A DNA stretch of 64,000 nucleotides from Octopus sinensis (Eukaryota): contig NC_043010.1 in assembly GCF_006345805.1 (NCBI RefSeq), positions 26,040,001 to 26,104,000 of the forward strand. The letters run 5' to 3'. The position numbers were made by a program, and so were the translations under genes. The notes beneath the pieces are model-generated. The model was not told the origin of the DNA, made no database searches, and was given only the letters and a program-made list of their open reading frames with translations. Shown here piece after piece: positions 12,781 to 27,700 of this stretch. Numbering within the stretch: position 1 is the first letter of the stretch; the number at the start of each line of letters is the position of its first letter.

Positions 12781-15700
12781 GTTGGTCATTATTGTCTCAT
12801 TTAATCTAATACCTGTTATTATCATTGCGACTTTGTGTGTGTATCTGTCTGTACCTGTGTGTGTTTGTGTGTGTATGTATACATATATTTGTGTGTGCTT
12901 TCCTGCAGTGCTTTGCTTAAAATCTACTTTAGTCATTTCATCTTAAAACTTTTCTACTATAATAAGGTGAATTTAATTGAAGGAAAAAAGTTTGTGTGTG
13001 TATTGATTCAATATTGGTCAGAGAATGTTGTCTGTTAAGTAGTAATGTTTTAGTTGTTTGTTTGCATCTGTTTTTTATTTGCTGGTAAGTCACATGATCT
13101 TTTAAGGCTTTAATAGGAAAAGAAAAGAGAAATAGAAATGACTTTCTTGTGTTTGTTTTATGAAAATGAATGTCGATCGAAAGTTTGTTTAAATCAGACA
13201 ACATATGTTTGTGCTACAACTTATTTTCATTTCTGAATTTCTTTCGTTGCTTAAATGATTGTTTAAAAAAAAAATATGGAAGGATGGCATCAGTAAGAAT
13301 ATATTAAATTACATTTGGGAAATGAACTTCTTAAACCATACATTAAATAGATCTGTCCATTGTCACGTCTTCCAAGCACCCTTGACATGGTTCCTCAGCT
13401 GGCCAGAAATAAATCAAATCCTTCTATTGGATGAAAGGAGGACATAACTGAGTAATGTGGTCCTCTGTTTATAGGGAAAAGACTGGGTGGTCTTTGTTGG
13501 ATTGCCTTTGATCATTGCTTTACTGGATCAGTGTTGGTCTGTGATTAAATTTGTTTGTCCATCATTGTTGATGACGACCAAGACTATCACATGGGGAAAG
13601 AAACAGGGCATGATGTGTCTAGCTGTGGTCAGTCAGTCTGATGTGTGCTTACATATAAAGGGGGCACCAAAATATTGGGTTGGTACATAATTATTGTGGC
13701 TTGTTTTTCAACAAATTTTATTCAACAAAAACAATAACAACATGTAACAAAAACATCTTTAAATGATTATTCTAGAGCATATTCACCATCTACTTCAGTT
13801 ACTGCTTCCCCATTTGCTTGGCAGATGGTTAGACTGTCATTGAAAGATGTTTTCGTTGAATATTGTTATTGCTTTTGTTGAATAAAATTTGTTGAAGAAA
13901 AGCTGCAATAATTATGCACCAACCCAATATTATAAGTGCTTAGGACCTCTGTGGGTCTTAATCTGGTCCTGTTAACCCTCAAGCAAGGTGATATTTAGCT
14001 CATGATTAGATATGTCTTCATGGAACATTGGAAAGGAATGATTTCACTTGTATGACAGTGTCACTCTGTTATTCCTATACAATCATCGAGCGATGTCATG
14101 GCAAGGAGGCACAAATACCTAACACCCATATACATATACACAATGGCCTTCTTTTATTTTCTGTCTACCAAATTTGCTCACAAGGTTTTGGTTGTCCCAA
14201 AGTACTTGTCCAAAGTATCATACAGTGAAATTGATCCCGAAACTATGTAGTTGGGAACTGAACTTCTTAACCATGCTGCCATTTGAACTGGATTGCCCAT
14301 CTCCAGTCCACTGCAGGACAAAGGCTTCTGCACATTCTCTCCACTAACCTTAGTCTGATGTACAGGTAGTGAATTTAAGCTTGAGATCATACTAGTTTGC
14401 TGAGCCTACTCTGTCATACTGGCCCAACATACCTTGGCAGAGGGATGCAGTAAAGTTGATTACGGCGACCCCAGTGCTCAACTGGCACTTTTTCTATTGA
14501 TCCTGAATGGATAAAAGGCTAAGTTAACTTCAGTGGGATTTGAACTCAGAACATAGCAGCAGATGAAATACCACTAAGCATTTCGCCCAGCGTGCTAACG
14601 CTTCTGCCATATCTGTGTCTATGTATCTGATAATTGGAAATTGTTTTCCTTTTGTTGATAGCCATGTGACCAAATCCATTACACTTGACAAGCATTTTAT
14701 TAGTTTATAGAGACAAGAGTGGCCATTTGCTGGAGCTGACTTGACCATGGTGCATTAATGAGATGTCCTCAGTGGTGTCTCTACAAGATTGGGAGCCATC
14801 ATTATTTGCAAACATTCTAATGACTCTTTGTTGAAAAATGATGAATCCTTATTTTGCCAAGAAAAATGAAAAACTTTGTGTCCAAAGATCTTTTTATTTC
14901 TTATGAAATTATTGATGTCCATCATCATCTTGTTTTCAGAATCTCTGTTTTATATTTGGGTTTAGTGAAGTTAACGAAAATCTTCATTTTTGAAGATCCG
15001 TTATCTCTTAGGAAATCATTGAAAATTGTTGTTATCCTCATCATTATTTTTGAAATTTCTTTCTGTTTTTCCAGTTGAGTTTTGTGAACTTGAAACTGAC
15101 ATCCAAAAGTGTTTCCACAATGAAAAACCCGCCACACAAATCGGCATGGTCCAGCCCGAGCAGTTTGTTATTGCATATAGCTCTTCAGTTGAGAAATGGT
15201 TACGAGCTCGCATCTCAAGGGTTATGGGGTCAGTTGTCCAGTTTTGCTTACATTTTGTTGATTCTACACATTCTTGTATCTCTTGTATCACATTCTTGTA
15301 TGTCTATCTCTCTTTCTCTCATTTTCTCTGTCTCACGTTATTTCTTTCTTTCTCTTTCTCTTATCGCTCTCTCTATCATCTTTTTCTATCTCTCTCATCT
15401 AGGTTGTCCCATAGGACACACCATAGGGGTTTTGGTTGCACATACTATAAGAGTCACAGGGCACTGCACCATGTGGTCCCGCAGTTTCCATTTAACTAAG
15501 AATATTAGGGTCTCATCCATTGTCTTGCATTCAAGATCCTCTGCATGACATCCTGCTAGTTCAAAGCCAGGAATCTGATCTGTTAGGTCCCCTGCTGACA
15601 ACTAAATCCACGCCCTGCTGTCGATGCTTTGATTTTTCTGTCTCCTACCCTTCGACCTGTCTGGCCTGGTAAGACCTGCCTGAAGGTTTCTCTTCCTCCA

Positions 15701-18700
15701 GCAGAGCTCTCCTGGTCAGTGGAGCACACAGGCACTTCACCGCGACAAGCTACTGGTTGAATTGGCCGTTGACTACACAGTAGTTCTTCCACCCTTTGAC
15801 GGGTCTTACTTTTCATCCTGCAGGATGTCCAACAATCACCCTCCTCACCAAGCAAGCTTGATGGAGGTCACCAGTTTAGTCGCCAACAACCCGACCATGC
15901 AACAGGTTGTACTGAGTTACATGTCACCAGTAGTGTTCTCTCATCTCTCTCTGTTTTTCTTTCATCTCTTTCATCATCTCCATCTCTGATAACTCTCTCC
16001 TTACCTGTCTCTCTCTTTTTATCCTTATATTTTTCATTTTCTCTCTCTTTCTCTCTCTCACACGTAAAATATGGAGTTCATGTGTTTTTGAAGATCTCTT
16101 TTGTAACCACATCTTGTAAACTCCATTGCTGATATCTTATTCTTTTCGTTCCCCACTTTCTTCCAGAGAAAAAGCTGATTTATTTTACTTGGACTATGGG
16201 TTTGCTGAGCAACGACCACTCAATAGAATATCAACTGAATTTCCTCCACGTTTCAGTGAACTAAATGCCCAAGCATTGCATTGTAGATTGTATGGTATTG
16301 AACCTGTGAGTTTACAGTTCTTCCTCTCTCTCTCTTTTACTCTCTTTTACTTGTTTCAGTCATTTGACTGTGTCCATGCTGGAGCACCACTTTTAGTCGA
16401 GCACATTGACCCAGGACTTATTCTTTGTAAGCCTAGTACTTCTTCTATTGGTCTCTTTTGCTGAACCGCTAAGTTACAGGGATGTAAACACACCAGCATC
16501 GGTTGTCAAGCGATGTTGTGGGGACAAACACAGACACACACATGCATACATATATATATACATACGACAGGCTTCTTTCAATTTCCATCTACCAAATCCA
16601 CTCACAAGGCTTTGGTTGGCCCAAGGCTATAGTAGAAGACACTTGCCCAAGGTGCCACGCAGTGGGACTGAACTCGGAATCATGTAGTTTGTAAGCATCT
16701 ACTTACCACAACACCCACTCCTATGCCTCTTAAAAAAAAATTTTTTTTTAAATCCTGTTAGTCTCTTCAGAACCATTTTGTTTCCCATGTCTGGATACCC
16801 AACCACCAAATAATTGAATAAGTTTATTTGCTTGATGGATTACCTGAGTGTCTGCTCGGATATCTGACTGCTAGAAAGTACCAAATCGCCTTCAGTTGAT
16901 TTTGAAAATAATGGAGAATTTAGTTGGAATACACTGGCTTTAAAAATGCAGAATTTAGTAAAATAAACCCTTTTGTTATATTTCTCTTGAAATACATTGC
17001 CTGTGTTCCCATTAAGTTTGAAAATAAGAATTTAGTAAAACAATTTTGTCATAATTTATCTGGTGTTTTGGTTCATAAATTAAGATGCAGTTTTGATGCT
17101 AGGAGCCAGTCAGGCGGCACTAGCATTGACCTACGCTTGAATGGTGCTTTGAGCATAGGTTGATGCTAGTGCCACCTGACTGGCTCCCCATGCTGGTGAC
17201 ATGTAAAAAGCATCATTCAAGCATGGGTCAATGCCAGTGTGCCCTGACTCGCTCCTATGCCAGTGCCTCCCAACTGGCTCCTCTGCCGGTGGCATGTGAA
17301 AAACACCACCTGAATGTTGTCAATGCCAGTGCCCCCTCACTGACTTCCATGCCAGTGGCATGTAAAAAGCACTCACTATACTCTCGGAGTGGTTGGCGTT
17401 AGGAAGAGCATCCAGCTGTAGAAACTTTGCCGGATCAGATTGGATTATGATGCAGCCTTATGGCTTGCCAGTTCTCAGTGAAACCCTCCAACCCATGCCA
17501 GCATGGAAAGCAGATTTTAAATGATGATGATGTTTCCATTTAGATCACTTTAAAACTGGAAGTTTGTATCATAGAATGAGGGCTGTTTGAGGTGAGTTGG
17601 TATGAAAATGGTTAAAACTCTACAATATAAATAAAGTAAACTGTCAAAATACAATGTCTGCTAAGCCCTCTTCCTTGATGTTAATCAAACAGCCACTGGT
17701 AGAAAGCTTACCAAATAAATAAGGTTTCAGCTATGGTGGACTTGGAGGTTAAGGAATTTTAGAATGATATATTTTGTCAGTCTCTTTTTTTTTTTTTTTT
17801 TCACACTTTCGTTACCATATTTCTGTTGAAATACATTGCCTTTTTATTTCATTCGATTTTTGAAAATAATCAATAATTTAGTTAAATCATAAAGTAAGTT
17901 ATGAATATAATATGGCAGAAATGTTAGCTTGACAGACAAAATACCGCTAAGCCTGGCTTTACGTTCTGAGCTCAAATTCCGCCGAGGTCAACTTTGCTTT
18001 TCATCCTTTCAGAGTCAGTAAATTAAATACCAGTTGTGTACTGGTGTCGATCTGATCGAGTATATAATATGGTAGAAAAGAAAGTGGAATGATCAGAGTT
18101 GTGGAGTTTTGGTCTCTCTTATGCCAAAGGCCAACTAAAAAAGGACTACATCAGCAACAACCACCACCACCACCATGACATTCGTAGAAATTATATTCAG
18201 CATTTTCAGTGTTACTTAAATTGATTTTCTCCTTTTCATTCCAAGTGATTTGGGTTTTGTGATGTTTAATTGTAGTGTTTGTTTCCTTTCCAGCTGGCCC
18301 CACCATCATGGATAAACCGAGCCGGGAAAGTACTGAGTAATGTGGTTTCTGGACAAAATTTTTTCGTATTCTTCCATTGTTCCTCAGTTGGCAAATATGT
18401 TGTTTCACTCTACAATTAGTAAGTATTACCCCCCACCTCACCCCAACCACTACCACTGAAATGAATTATTCTGTTGTCTATAATCCTTTTGTAGTCATAT
18501 TTCTAATGAAATGCTCAGGCGAAATGCTTAGCAGTATTTCGTCTGTCTTTATGTTTTGAGTTCAAACTCCGCTGAGGTTGACTTTGTCTTTCATCCTTTC
18601 AGGGTCGATAAATTAAGTACCAGTTGCATACTGGGGTTGATCTAATCGACTGCCCCCCTCCCCCAAATTTCGGGCCTTGTGCCTAGAGTAGAAAATTAGG

Positions 18701-21700
18701 AAAGAATTTTGAGGAAAAACAACTGAACACTGCCCTGTTTTTGATATGTTTATACATTTGTAAGTGTATCTCTACAGATTTTCTGTTGAAATGAGAGCTA
18801 GCACTGAAAGTTGTGATGTTTCATATATGAACACGTCTATGTAAACAATGTGACCGAAGATAGAAAAATAGGTAAAGGGGTGTACATACATGTGAAGAGT
18901 TGTTGCTTCTTCTTGAGTACCACTTCCAACCTATTAACCATTACATTGATTACATTGCCTTCAACCGACTCAGTGCACGACTCTGGTCAAGATCTGAGAT
19001 CCGACGCACCACCAAAGTACGGATCTACCAAGCACTAGTGCGAATGATTCTCCTTTATGGCAGCGAGTCATGGCCAATGAGGGTGGAAGATATTAAGCGA
19101 CTAGAATCCTTCGATCACCTCTGTCTACGCCGCATCCTTCGTGTCCACTGGCATCACTTTGTCTCCAACAATTCGGTGCAACACCAGTGCAGAATCACCT
19201 CCCTCTGACAAGTCATCCTAATGAGATGTCTGCGTTGGCTGGGTCATGCCCTCCGTTGTCAACCAGGAGAATTCATCTACGAAGCAAAATGCCCCAGCTC
19301 CCCTTCAGGGTTGGCGAAAGCGTTGTGGTGGACAGCGAAAAACCTGGCTGATAACGGTCAAGGCTGATCTGGAACCCAACCTAGGCCCCCATATCTACGG
19401 CGTTCACCGCTGGAATAAGGAGTGGTCGGAGATCATGCGGTCGTTAGCCTCAAATCGCCAGACCTGGTCAGCGTTTGTGAGAGATGCAGCATTGAGGATA
19501 AATGAAGCCAGCTCAACCCACCCCGGGTGAATGCTGTACGAAGAAGAAGTTTAGTGGTGTAACACCATTGGCTAGATCAATTTTACATATTCCTGGTAAC
19601 TGGTATCTACATATTCCTTTATTCTTTTACTTGTTTCAGTCATTTGACTGTGGCCATGCTGGAGCACTGCCTTTAGTTGAACAAATCGACCCCAGGACTT
19701 ATTCTTTGTAGGCCTGGTACTTATTCTATTGGTCTCTTTTCCCGAACTGCTAAGTTACGGAGACGTAAACACACCAACATTGGTTGGTCAAGTGAAGGTG
19801 GTGGGACAAACACAAGCACACACAAATACATACATACATACATACATATGATGGGCTTCTTTCAGTTTCCGTCTACCAAATCCACTCACAAGGCTTTGGT
19901 CAACCCGAGTTTACAGTAGAAGACACTTGCTCAAGGTGCCACACTGTGGGACTGAATCTGGAACCACGTGGCTGGGAAGCAAGCTTCTTAAGCTATGTCC
20001 ACCTTGTATATTATGGTCGCAAAAGAAATACAGTGTCCCTACCAGCAATCAATAGGTCTAGACATGCTCTTGTACACGTTTCAGTCATTTGACTGTAGCC
20101 ATACTGGAGCACCACCTTTTGTTGATTAGTTGTCAAGTGATGGTGGGGGAACAAACAAAGATACATATACATAAATATATATATGTATATATACATGACA
20201 GGCTTCTTTCAGTTTCCGTCTACTAAATCCACTCACAATATGTTTATATGAAAGGCTTCTTTCAGTTTCCGTCTACTAAATCCACTCACAATATGTTTAT
20301 ATGAAAGGCTTCTTTCTGTTTCTGTCTACCAAATCCACTCACAATATGTTTATATGAAAAGCTTCCTTCAGCTTCCATCTACCAAATCCAATGTGCTGTA
20401 ATTTTAATTGTTATATTGTTTACTGGATTTATTTCTCATCGTCATTTAAAAACCACTTTTCCATGCTCACATGAGTGAAACACAATTGCTGGCAAGAAGT
20501 GAGATGTGTAAATGAATCAGCTGCTCTCGACATCCTGCAAAGAGTTTTGGCATCAAAACTATTTTTTTAAAGGCTACAGAAAGAACATTCTAGAAACTAC
20601 ATCATGCTACAACTTCACACTGACCACGGGAAACTATTGTGGTACCCTTGTGCTGTCTGATCGCATATCTAATGATTTGGTTTCAAATCACTGCTACAAC
20701 CTGTTTTCAAAGAATCTTTTTAATTAAAATATTTCCTTTATGTTTTTTTTTCCATTACAGTCAAACTCTGCGCAGTGTCATTCATGAATTGTTGGAGTCT
20801 GAAGTTTGTAAAGTAAGTACAGAATTGTATTTGATTTTCCTACTTTATTTTTTGCCTTCTTACAGCTTAGGTAAACTTAGCCGGTGCATTTAGTCTCATA
20901 GCCAAGGACACAGTGAGGCTGTTGAGAAATCAGCAATTGGTTGATTTTCATGATTGTGACTCATTCAAATTATATTTCTGTCCTGTTGTCAACTGGATTC
21001 ATTACAAAATTTTAGAGCAGAAAGTGCCTGGTCATAGTTTTGCTCATTTGAATGAGACTGAATGTTTATGTTGGTGTTTGCTGTTGCCGTTATTCTTTAG
21101 TATGACATTGGCCCTGAACAAGCATACATATAAATTAGAAGCATTCCAGCCACAATCATCCAATTTTTTTTTTTTCAACCCTAAACATTTATTTACTATT
21201 TTGTCCATTTTCATCTTTTAAACAGTAGGCTGTGGCTTGATGGAGATTTGGCTGCTGTTTCTAACAGGTTGAGTTTTTGTGATCACTATACTAGCAATAG
21301 CCTTTTTAAAAGTTTTTTATGAGCATGCTATCCTAAAATTTAGGATTTGAAGTATGTGGTTTATATTTTCAAGCTGGAAGTTTGATGAGGGACGACTGGC
21401 AGTAATATGAACCAGGCTGAGTTTATATGTGAAACTTTCCTCACCCACTATTAATTGGTGAATGGTCTATTTGCAGACAATATAACGGAAAATGGAGTTA
21501 ATAATAAATGTGGCTGGGGTTTAATTTATTTCAAGGGTTGCATTGAGGGAGAATGTAGATGTGGACATAACTTTCTTATTAACTGACATAGTTTGTTCAG
21601 ATTGCATATGTTTGATAGAGTAACTCTTCCACTTTACAAAAGTTTCTACTCAACATAGTCTCTTTCACAAGTGATACATTTATACCATCTTTGGACCCAA

Positions 21701-24700
21701 CTCTCAAATCTTCTTTGAAGAAAATTCAGGTGTGAACTGTTGTACCCACTTCTTTATAGTTGTTTTTACTATGTCTGTGTCATTAAATCATTATCCCCAA
21801 AGACTGTCCTTTATCAGACCAAACTGACACCAGGTTCTGGTTGTTCAATTTGCCAATTGCTTGGTCTATTGACCAAGACGTATGTGGTCCTGCATTGTCC
21901 AGGTGAACGTGGATCATTGTCAGCTTCTTATTCAATCTCTTCCTCCTAATGGCTTCTCTAAGTTTTTCAATTATCTCAGTGGACCACTTGCTGTTCACAG
22001 GACAATCACATTCCAGGAAATCAAGTAAAAATGACCATTGTTGTGTCTCTTATGATCCCCTGACCATTACTGTGTTCATTATGGTCAGCTAGAGTGTGAT
22101 GCTAAGTGTAATTTATTCTTTCAGCCTGATGGGGAAGTTCCTATTGCAGAATACATTGCTTCTCCATCTAGTAAGTATAATTTTTACTTTTATCGTCATG
22201 TTCTTTTTTTGTCAATTTTTATTATTACTAGCAGAGAAAAAAAAAACTGCTTGGCATGTCTTTTTCAGCTGGTCATTATGATGTGTATGTAACCCATACC
22301 AGAATAAAATGTGCAAAATGTATTCCCATGCCTTCTCTCTCCTGCCTCTGTTACAGGGGCTGTTTTATGCTCTTAGCTATGCAAGCTACAAGGTGATCAC
22401 CACTTGTGCTGGTGCCACAAAAGAAAAGCATCCAGTATACTCTCATAAAGTGGTTGGCATGGAGAAGGCTATTCAGTTATAGAAACATGCCAAAGTAGGC
22501 ATTGGAGCATGATGCAGTCCTGCAACTCATCAGATCCTATTGAACAATCCAACCATACCAGCATAGAAGCTGGGCATTAAATAATGATGATAATAATGAT
22601 ATACGTATATCAATTCATTTTGCGAGATTCCTGATGTGAAATTGTGTGTTGAAACAAATATTGTTGTATTTTGGGATGGTCATTTTTTTTTCTTTGCCAA
22701 CTATACACATGCACTATATATTTGTTCTTTACTTGTTTATCACTGTTCTTTTTTTTTTTTATATTCTAACTCCTGTCCATTATCTGGAAATCTTTCGTTA
22801 GACATCTGTGACCTCTTCAGCAACACTTTTTGTTTTTGTGTGTGCTCCTGCTCCTCTTACTCTATTCTTTATATCAAAAAAATTGAACAGACTGGTCTCC
22901 TTGGTGGCCCTGTCACTGGGTCAGTGGTCAACTTATGGTTCTTGTGCAGTCCATACAGTGCTGGGATGTCGTTGCTGGTGACGTAAAAGTTGTCAGCAGT
23001 GTGCTTCTTTGCCCCTAGGATGTTTGACCACATCATTATATGAGCATTGAGAATCTTTGGTCTCTCTTTGACAGCAACAACTACCCAAACAACAATAACA
23101 ACTGTAATGGCAACTCCACAAACGGCCACAACAACTACAACAACAACAGCAATAACTATCAGGTTGGCAATATGAACGAACACACTAACACAAAAAGATA
23201 CAACTTTAGACAGTGGGGGTCAGGGGCAGCACCAGCAGCAATGGGAGGAGAGATGTGAGTGAGGGAAAGGTCAACATATCAATATACTCTTTTACTTGTT
23301 TCAGTCATTTGACTGTGGCCATGCTGGAGCACCGCCTTTAGTTGAGCAAATCGACCCCAGGACTTATTCTTTAGAAGCTTAGTACTTATTCTATCGGTCT
23401 GTTTTACTGAACCACTAAGTTACATGGACGTAAACACACCAGCATCGGTTGCCAAACGATGTTGGGGGGACAAACATATACACATATATATGCATATATA
23501 TCACAGGCTTCTTTCAGTTTCTGTCTACCAAATCCACCCACAAGGCTTTGGTTGGCCCGAGGCTATAGTAGAAGACACTTGCCCAAGGTGCCACGCAGTG
23601 GGAATGAACGCAGAACCATGTGGTTGGTAAACAAGCTACTTACCACACAGCTATTCCCGTGCCTATATATATTTATATGAAATTTGTGGCTAAATCTACT
23701 GGTCAAGGATTGGACTTACAGTTAATTTCAGAAGTGCCAGTCAAGTACCTGAGGTCACCCTAATGGACCATATTCTTTTATCTACCTTAAATTTGTCATC
23801 GTTTTTCTGATGATGCTACAATTTTTTCCATTTCTGATAAATACCATTATTCTATGTGGTTGAAATTTGCAACCCATGTTTAGTACCAATTCCAGATATT
23901 GTTTTTCAGTTAGTAACCATTTTCACTTCACTGATTTTGCATTTTTCATTTCTTCCGTTTTATATATTTTTTATTTATTTATATATTATTTCTTTTTTTT
24001 AGTTCCATACAATGACAATCGAGGTTTTCCAGCAGACCACTTCCACACATCTAAAGTCTATTCTAAAGTGGCCGACACATGCAAATCTGAAGATTTTAAT
24101 GCAGTTCCAAACAGCCGGCACCCTCACACTGGCATGCACATCGACGACAAGAATTACTGGAATCAAACGCGAATTCCAAGTGCTGACCTCTCGGTGTTTG
24201 ATGCGACGTCAGAACTGACTCCTGAGAAACTTGCCAACATGGACAAAATGCATCAGTTCCAGAAAGCTCAGCAGGAGGTCCAGAACCTTTTCAGTCACAA
24301 TGCTGACTATATGTTCGCTTCAAACAGTGAGTGTAAGTTTAGGATTTTGTTGTTTTTGACAAAACCGCAGCCGTTTATGAAGCAAAATTATGATTCTTTA
24401 AGAAATTCCCGGTGTGTTTATATATGCATCATCATCATCATCATCGTTTAACGTCTGCTTTCCATGCTAGCATGGGTTGGACAATTTGACTGAGGTCTGG
24501 CGAACCAGACTCCAATCTGATCTGGCAGAGTTTCTACAGCTGGATGCCGTTCCTAACGCCAACCACTCCGAGCATGTAGTGGGTGCTTTTACATGCCACC
24601 GGCACGAGGGCCAGTTTGGTGGTACTGGCAACGGCCACGCTCAAATGGTGCTTTTTATATGCCACCTGCACAGGAGCCAGTCCAGTGGCACTGGCAACAA

Positions 24701-27700
24701 TCTCACTCGTATGGTACTCTTAGCACTCCACTAGCAATGGATACCAGTCACCGAGTTTGATTTCGATTTCATGCGCCTCAACAGGTATGCATATTTGTGT
24801 ATGATTATGTATGTGTATACATATTATGCTTGTGTGTGTGCATATATGTATGTTTACATTTGTGCGTTTGCGAAAATCACTTCCTCTATTAACATGCCAT
24901 CTTCTGGCTTTGTACCTTTGAAGATGTGTGGAATGAGATATCCCTTACATGGAAAAGAGGCAAGGACTAGTCAGTGCCTTGAGAATATATCTGTGTAACC
25001 CATGCTAGTTTATAAAAGCTGATGTAAAAAATAAACGAACCAAATTGATGGAACACTGCTGCTTGATACTTCTTACTAAAATCTCGCAGACCACATTCTA
25101 AATACCACCATTCATCTGATTCCCACAGATTCAACATACTGCAGTCACTGTGCATACGAATGTGTTTGTTCTTTTCTCTACCTGTGTAACCCTTTTGCAT
25201 TCAGATTACTCTGTCAAATGTGAAATGCTTATTTATTCACATTGTTTTGAATTAACCATGCATTGTCTCATAGCACTGAGATTTTGATGAGGTGATTGCT
25301 TATTTTAGGATGATTTTGTCAGGCAGGTGTGAGAGAACATATAGAATATTTGGACTGGATATGACTGGTTTAAATGCTAAACAGTTAATTGTTGCTATGA
25401 TTATTGCTGCTTCTCTGAACCAGGCCACTTCAAACTCCCCCCCCCCATCCCATTCCATCTTGTTCATCTCTTTCTCCTCTTCTATCACCGTTACTGTGTC
25501 ATGCTATACAGGCATGTTCTCAGCTCTTTGTTTCAATCCATCTACTTCAGAATCTCAACTCCTGAAATCCTTCTTCCCTTGCATTTTTTTTTTTAACCCT
25601 GTAAACAATAACTTACAGACGCTGTAGCATCAATCTCACAAGTCTGGGAATTACTGCTGTCGTGATGGGCACTGCATCTCCTACTTCAAATAACTTAATT
25701 AATTAAAAAAAAATAGATAAAAAAACTAGCCATTTTTCTGTGTATATAAGATAATATTCTGTTACGTTCCCAAGCAGTGTTGTATAAACATGTCATGGAA
25801 AATCCTGAGCAATGTGATGTGCACATGTTGAACACATGCTATGTGCGGTTGTGTTATATATTTGTACCAGTCAAGTGGTGGTATTCATTTAATTGACTTT
25901 GCCTTCCTTCAGCCTCATGGCTTTGTGTCTATGTCAGAAGTTGTTATTGTTCTTTTTTTCAAGTGAAACATAAAATTCTTCAAGTTTCACTTGAAAAGAT
26001 AATTGAGAGTGGAGAGGTAAATACTATTTTTGAGCGAGTTTATTGAAAGGTGGGTGAAAGTTGCAAAAATGGCAAGAGTGGATGATATTTCTCTAAGTGT
26101 AGGCCTGTGAGTTGGAGAGAAGGAATTGGAGAGGACACTTGCTCTTGGGGTTTCAGGGAAATATCAGACAATAGGGTTCCTCGATTATCCCCAGAGGCCT
26201 TCTCATATCAGGAGGGCCACATCTCTATCATCCTCTCTTCTCCTTTTTTTTTTAAACCTTTGTATGCTATGTATCCCTTCTTTTTCAATATATACTGTTT
26301 ATACTTTCTTCCCTTTTTTTTATCATTTAATTATATGTCAATCCCCACACTTTGTGTTTGTATTGCCCTTCTTATCCTTCACCCTTGTGGCAAATAAATG
26401 AAATCGTCATCATCATCATTATTATTAAGGCGGTGAGCTGGCAGAGTTGTTAGCATGCTGGACGAAATGCTTAGTGGTATTTCGCCCGTCACTGTGTTCC
26501 AAGTTCAAATTTGGCCAAGGTCGACTTTGCCTTTCATCCTTTTGGGGTTGATAAATTAAATAGCAGTGAAGCACTGGGGTCAATGTAATCGACTAGTCCC
26601 CTTCCCTAAAATTTCAGACCTTGTGCCTTTGGTAGAAAGGATTATTATTATTATTAATATTATTAAGGCAGTGAGCTGAAAGAATTGTTTGCATGCTAGA
26701 CAAAATTTTCAGCAGCATTTTTTGTAGTTCTTTACATACTGAGTTCAAATTCCACCAAGGTTGACTTAGCCTTACATACTTTTGAGGTTGGTAAAACAAG
26801 TGCTAGTCAAATATTGGGGTCGAATGTAATCTTCTAATACTCTTCCCCTCAAAAACCGCTGCTCTTGTGTGTCAAAATTTGAAGCCATCATCATTATTAT
26901 CATTATCAGGGTTAATAAAATAAGTACCAGTTGAGTACGGGGGTGTGTGTGTAATTAACTTACCCTCTCCCTGAAACTGCTGGCCTTGTGACAAAATTTG
27001 AAATCATCATCATCATTAAGGTGGTGAGCTGGCAGAGTTGTTAGCATGCTGGGCAAAATGCTTATTTGCAGTTTTGCCCCTCTTTATGTTTTGAGTTCAA
27101 ATTCCGCCTAGGTTGACTTTGCTTTTCATTCTTCTGGGGTCGATAAAATAAGTACCAGCTGAGCACCAGGATTGATGTAATTGATTTTAGAAACCCCACT
27201 CCCAACTTGCTAGCCTTGTGCCAAAATTTGAAACCAATATTATCATTATTATTTTGGTTTGGCTCAAGTTTGGTCTTATTCCTGGCAGGATATGTGGATA
27301 ACGGATTACTACCTCTAACCTTCAGTATCCACAAGTTTTCATCAGTCTTTCAAGTGCTTAGAACCCTCCTGATAATCCTTATTATTACTGTTGTTGTTAT
27401 TATTAAACTATTCTGTATGCACTTGTTCAGTGTCTAGGCATTGCTGACTTGTGGAGTTATGTCGAACAGCTGCTGTTGCATCTAGGACGGATCTGTCAGT
27501 CGTCCGAGTCCATAATGATGACTGCCCTGCTGCCCTCTTTTAATCGGTCTGGCAAGGCAGTTTTCCTTTATCTGGTGGACAAGGCTGAAAGGAAAGAGGA
27601 CAGAAACTTGAAAAGGAAAGTGAGAGCGGGGAGGGAGGTGCTGTCCTTAAGTGAATTTATGAAAAGGTGGGTGAAAGTTGTGAAGGTACCACTCTCAGTG

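Noticed and set aside
13568-13641. C/D snoRNA-like TGATGA...CTGA
   Set aside because: Imperfect C box, no terminal stem, and no recognisable guide complementarity.
16690-16727. tRNA genes at SINE heads
   Set aside because: Only A/B-box-like remnants. No full cloverleaf.
18388-18418. 31-nt mini-exon LANMLFHSTI using acceptor cctcag
   Set aside because: It ends in phase 1 and cannot join exon 5. The longer 18294-18418 exon gives the right phase and Tudor-like sequence.
26427-27240. CRISPR-like regularly repeated array
   Set aside because: Eukaryotic SINE copies of ~220 bp with no constant short repeat or unique spacers.
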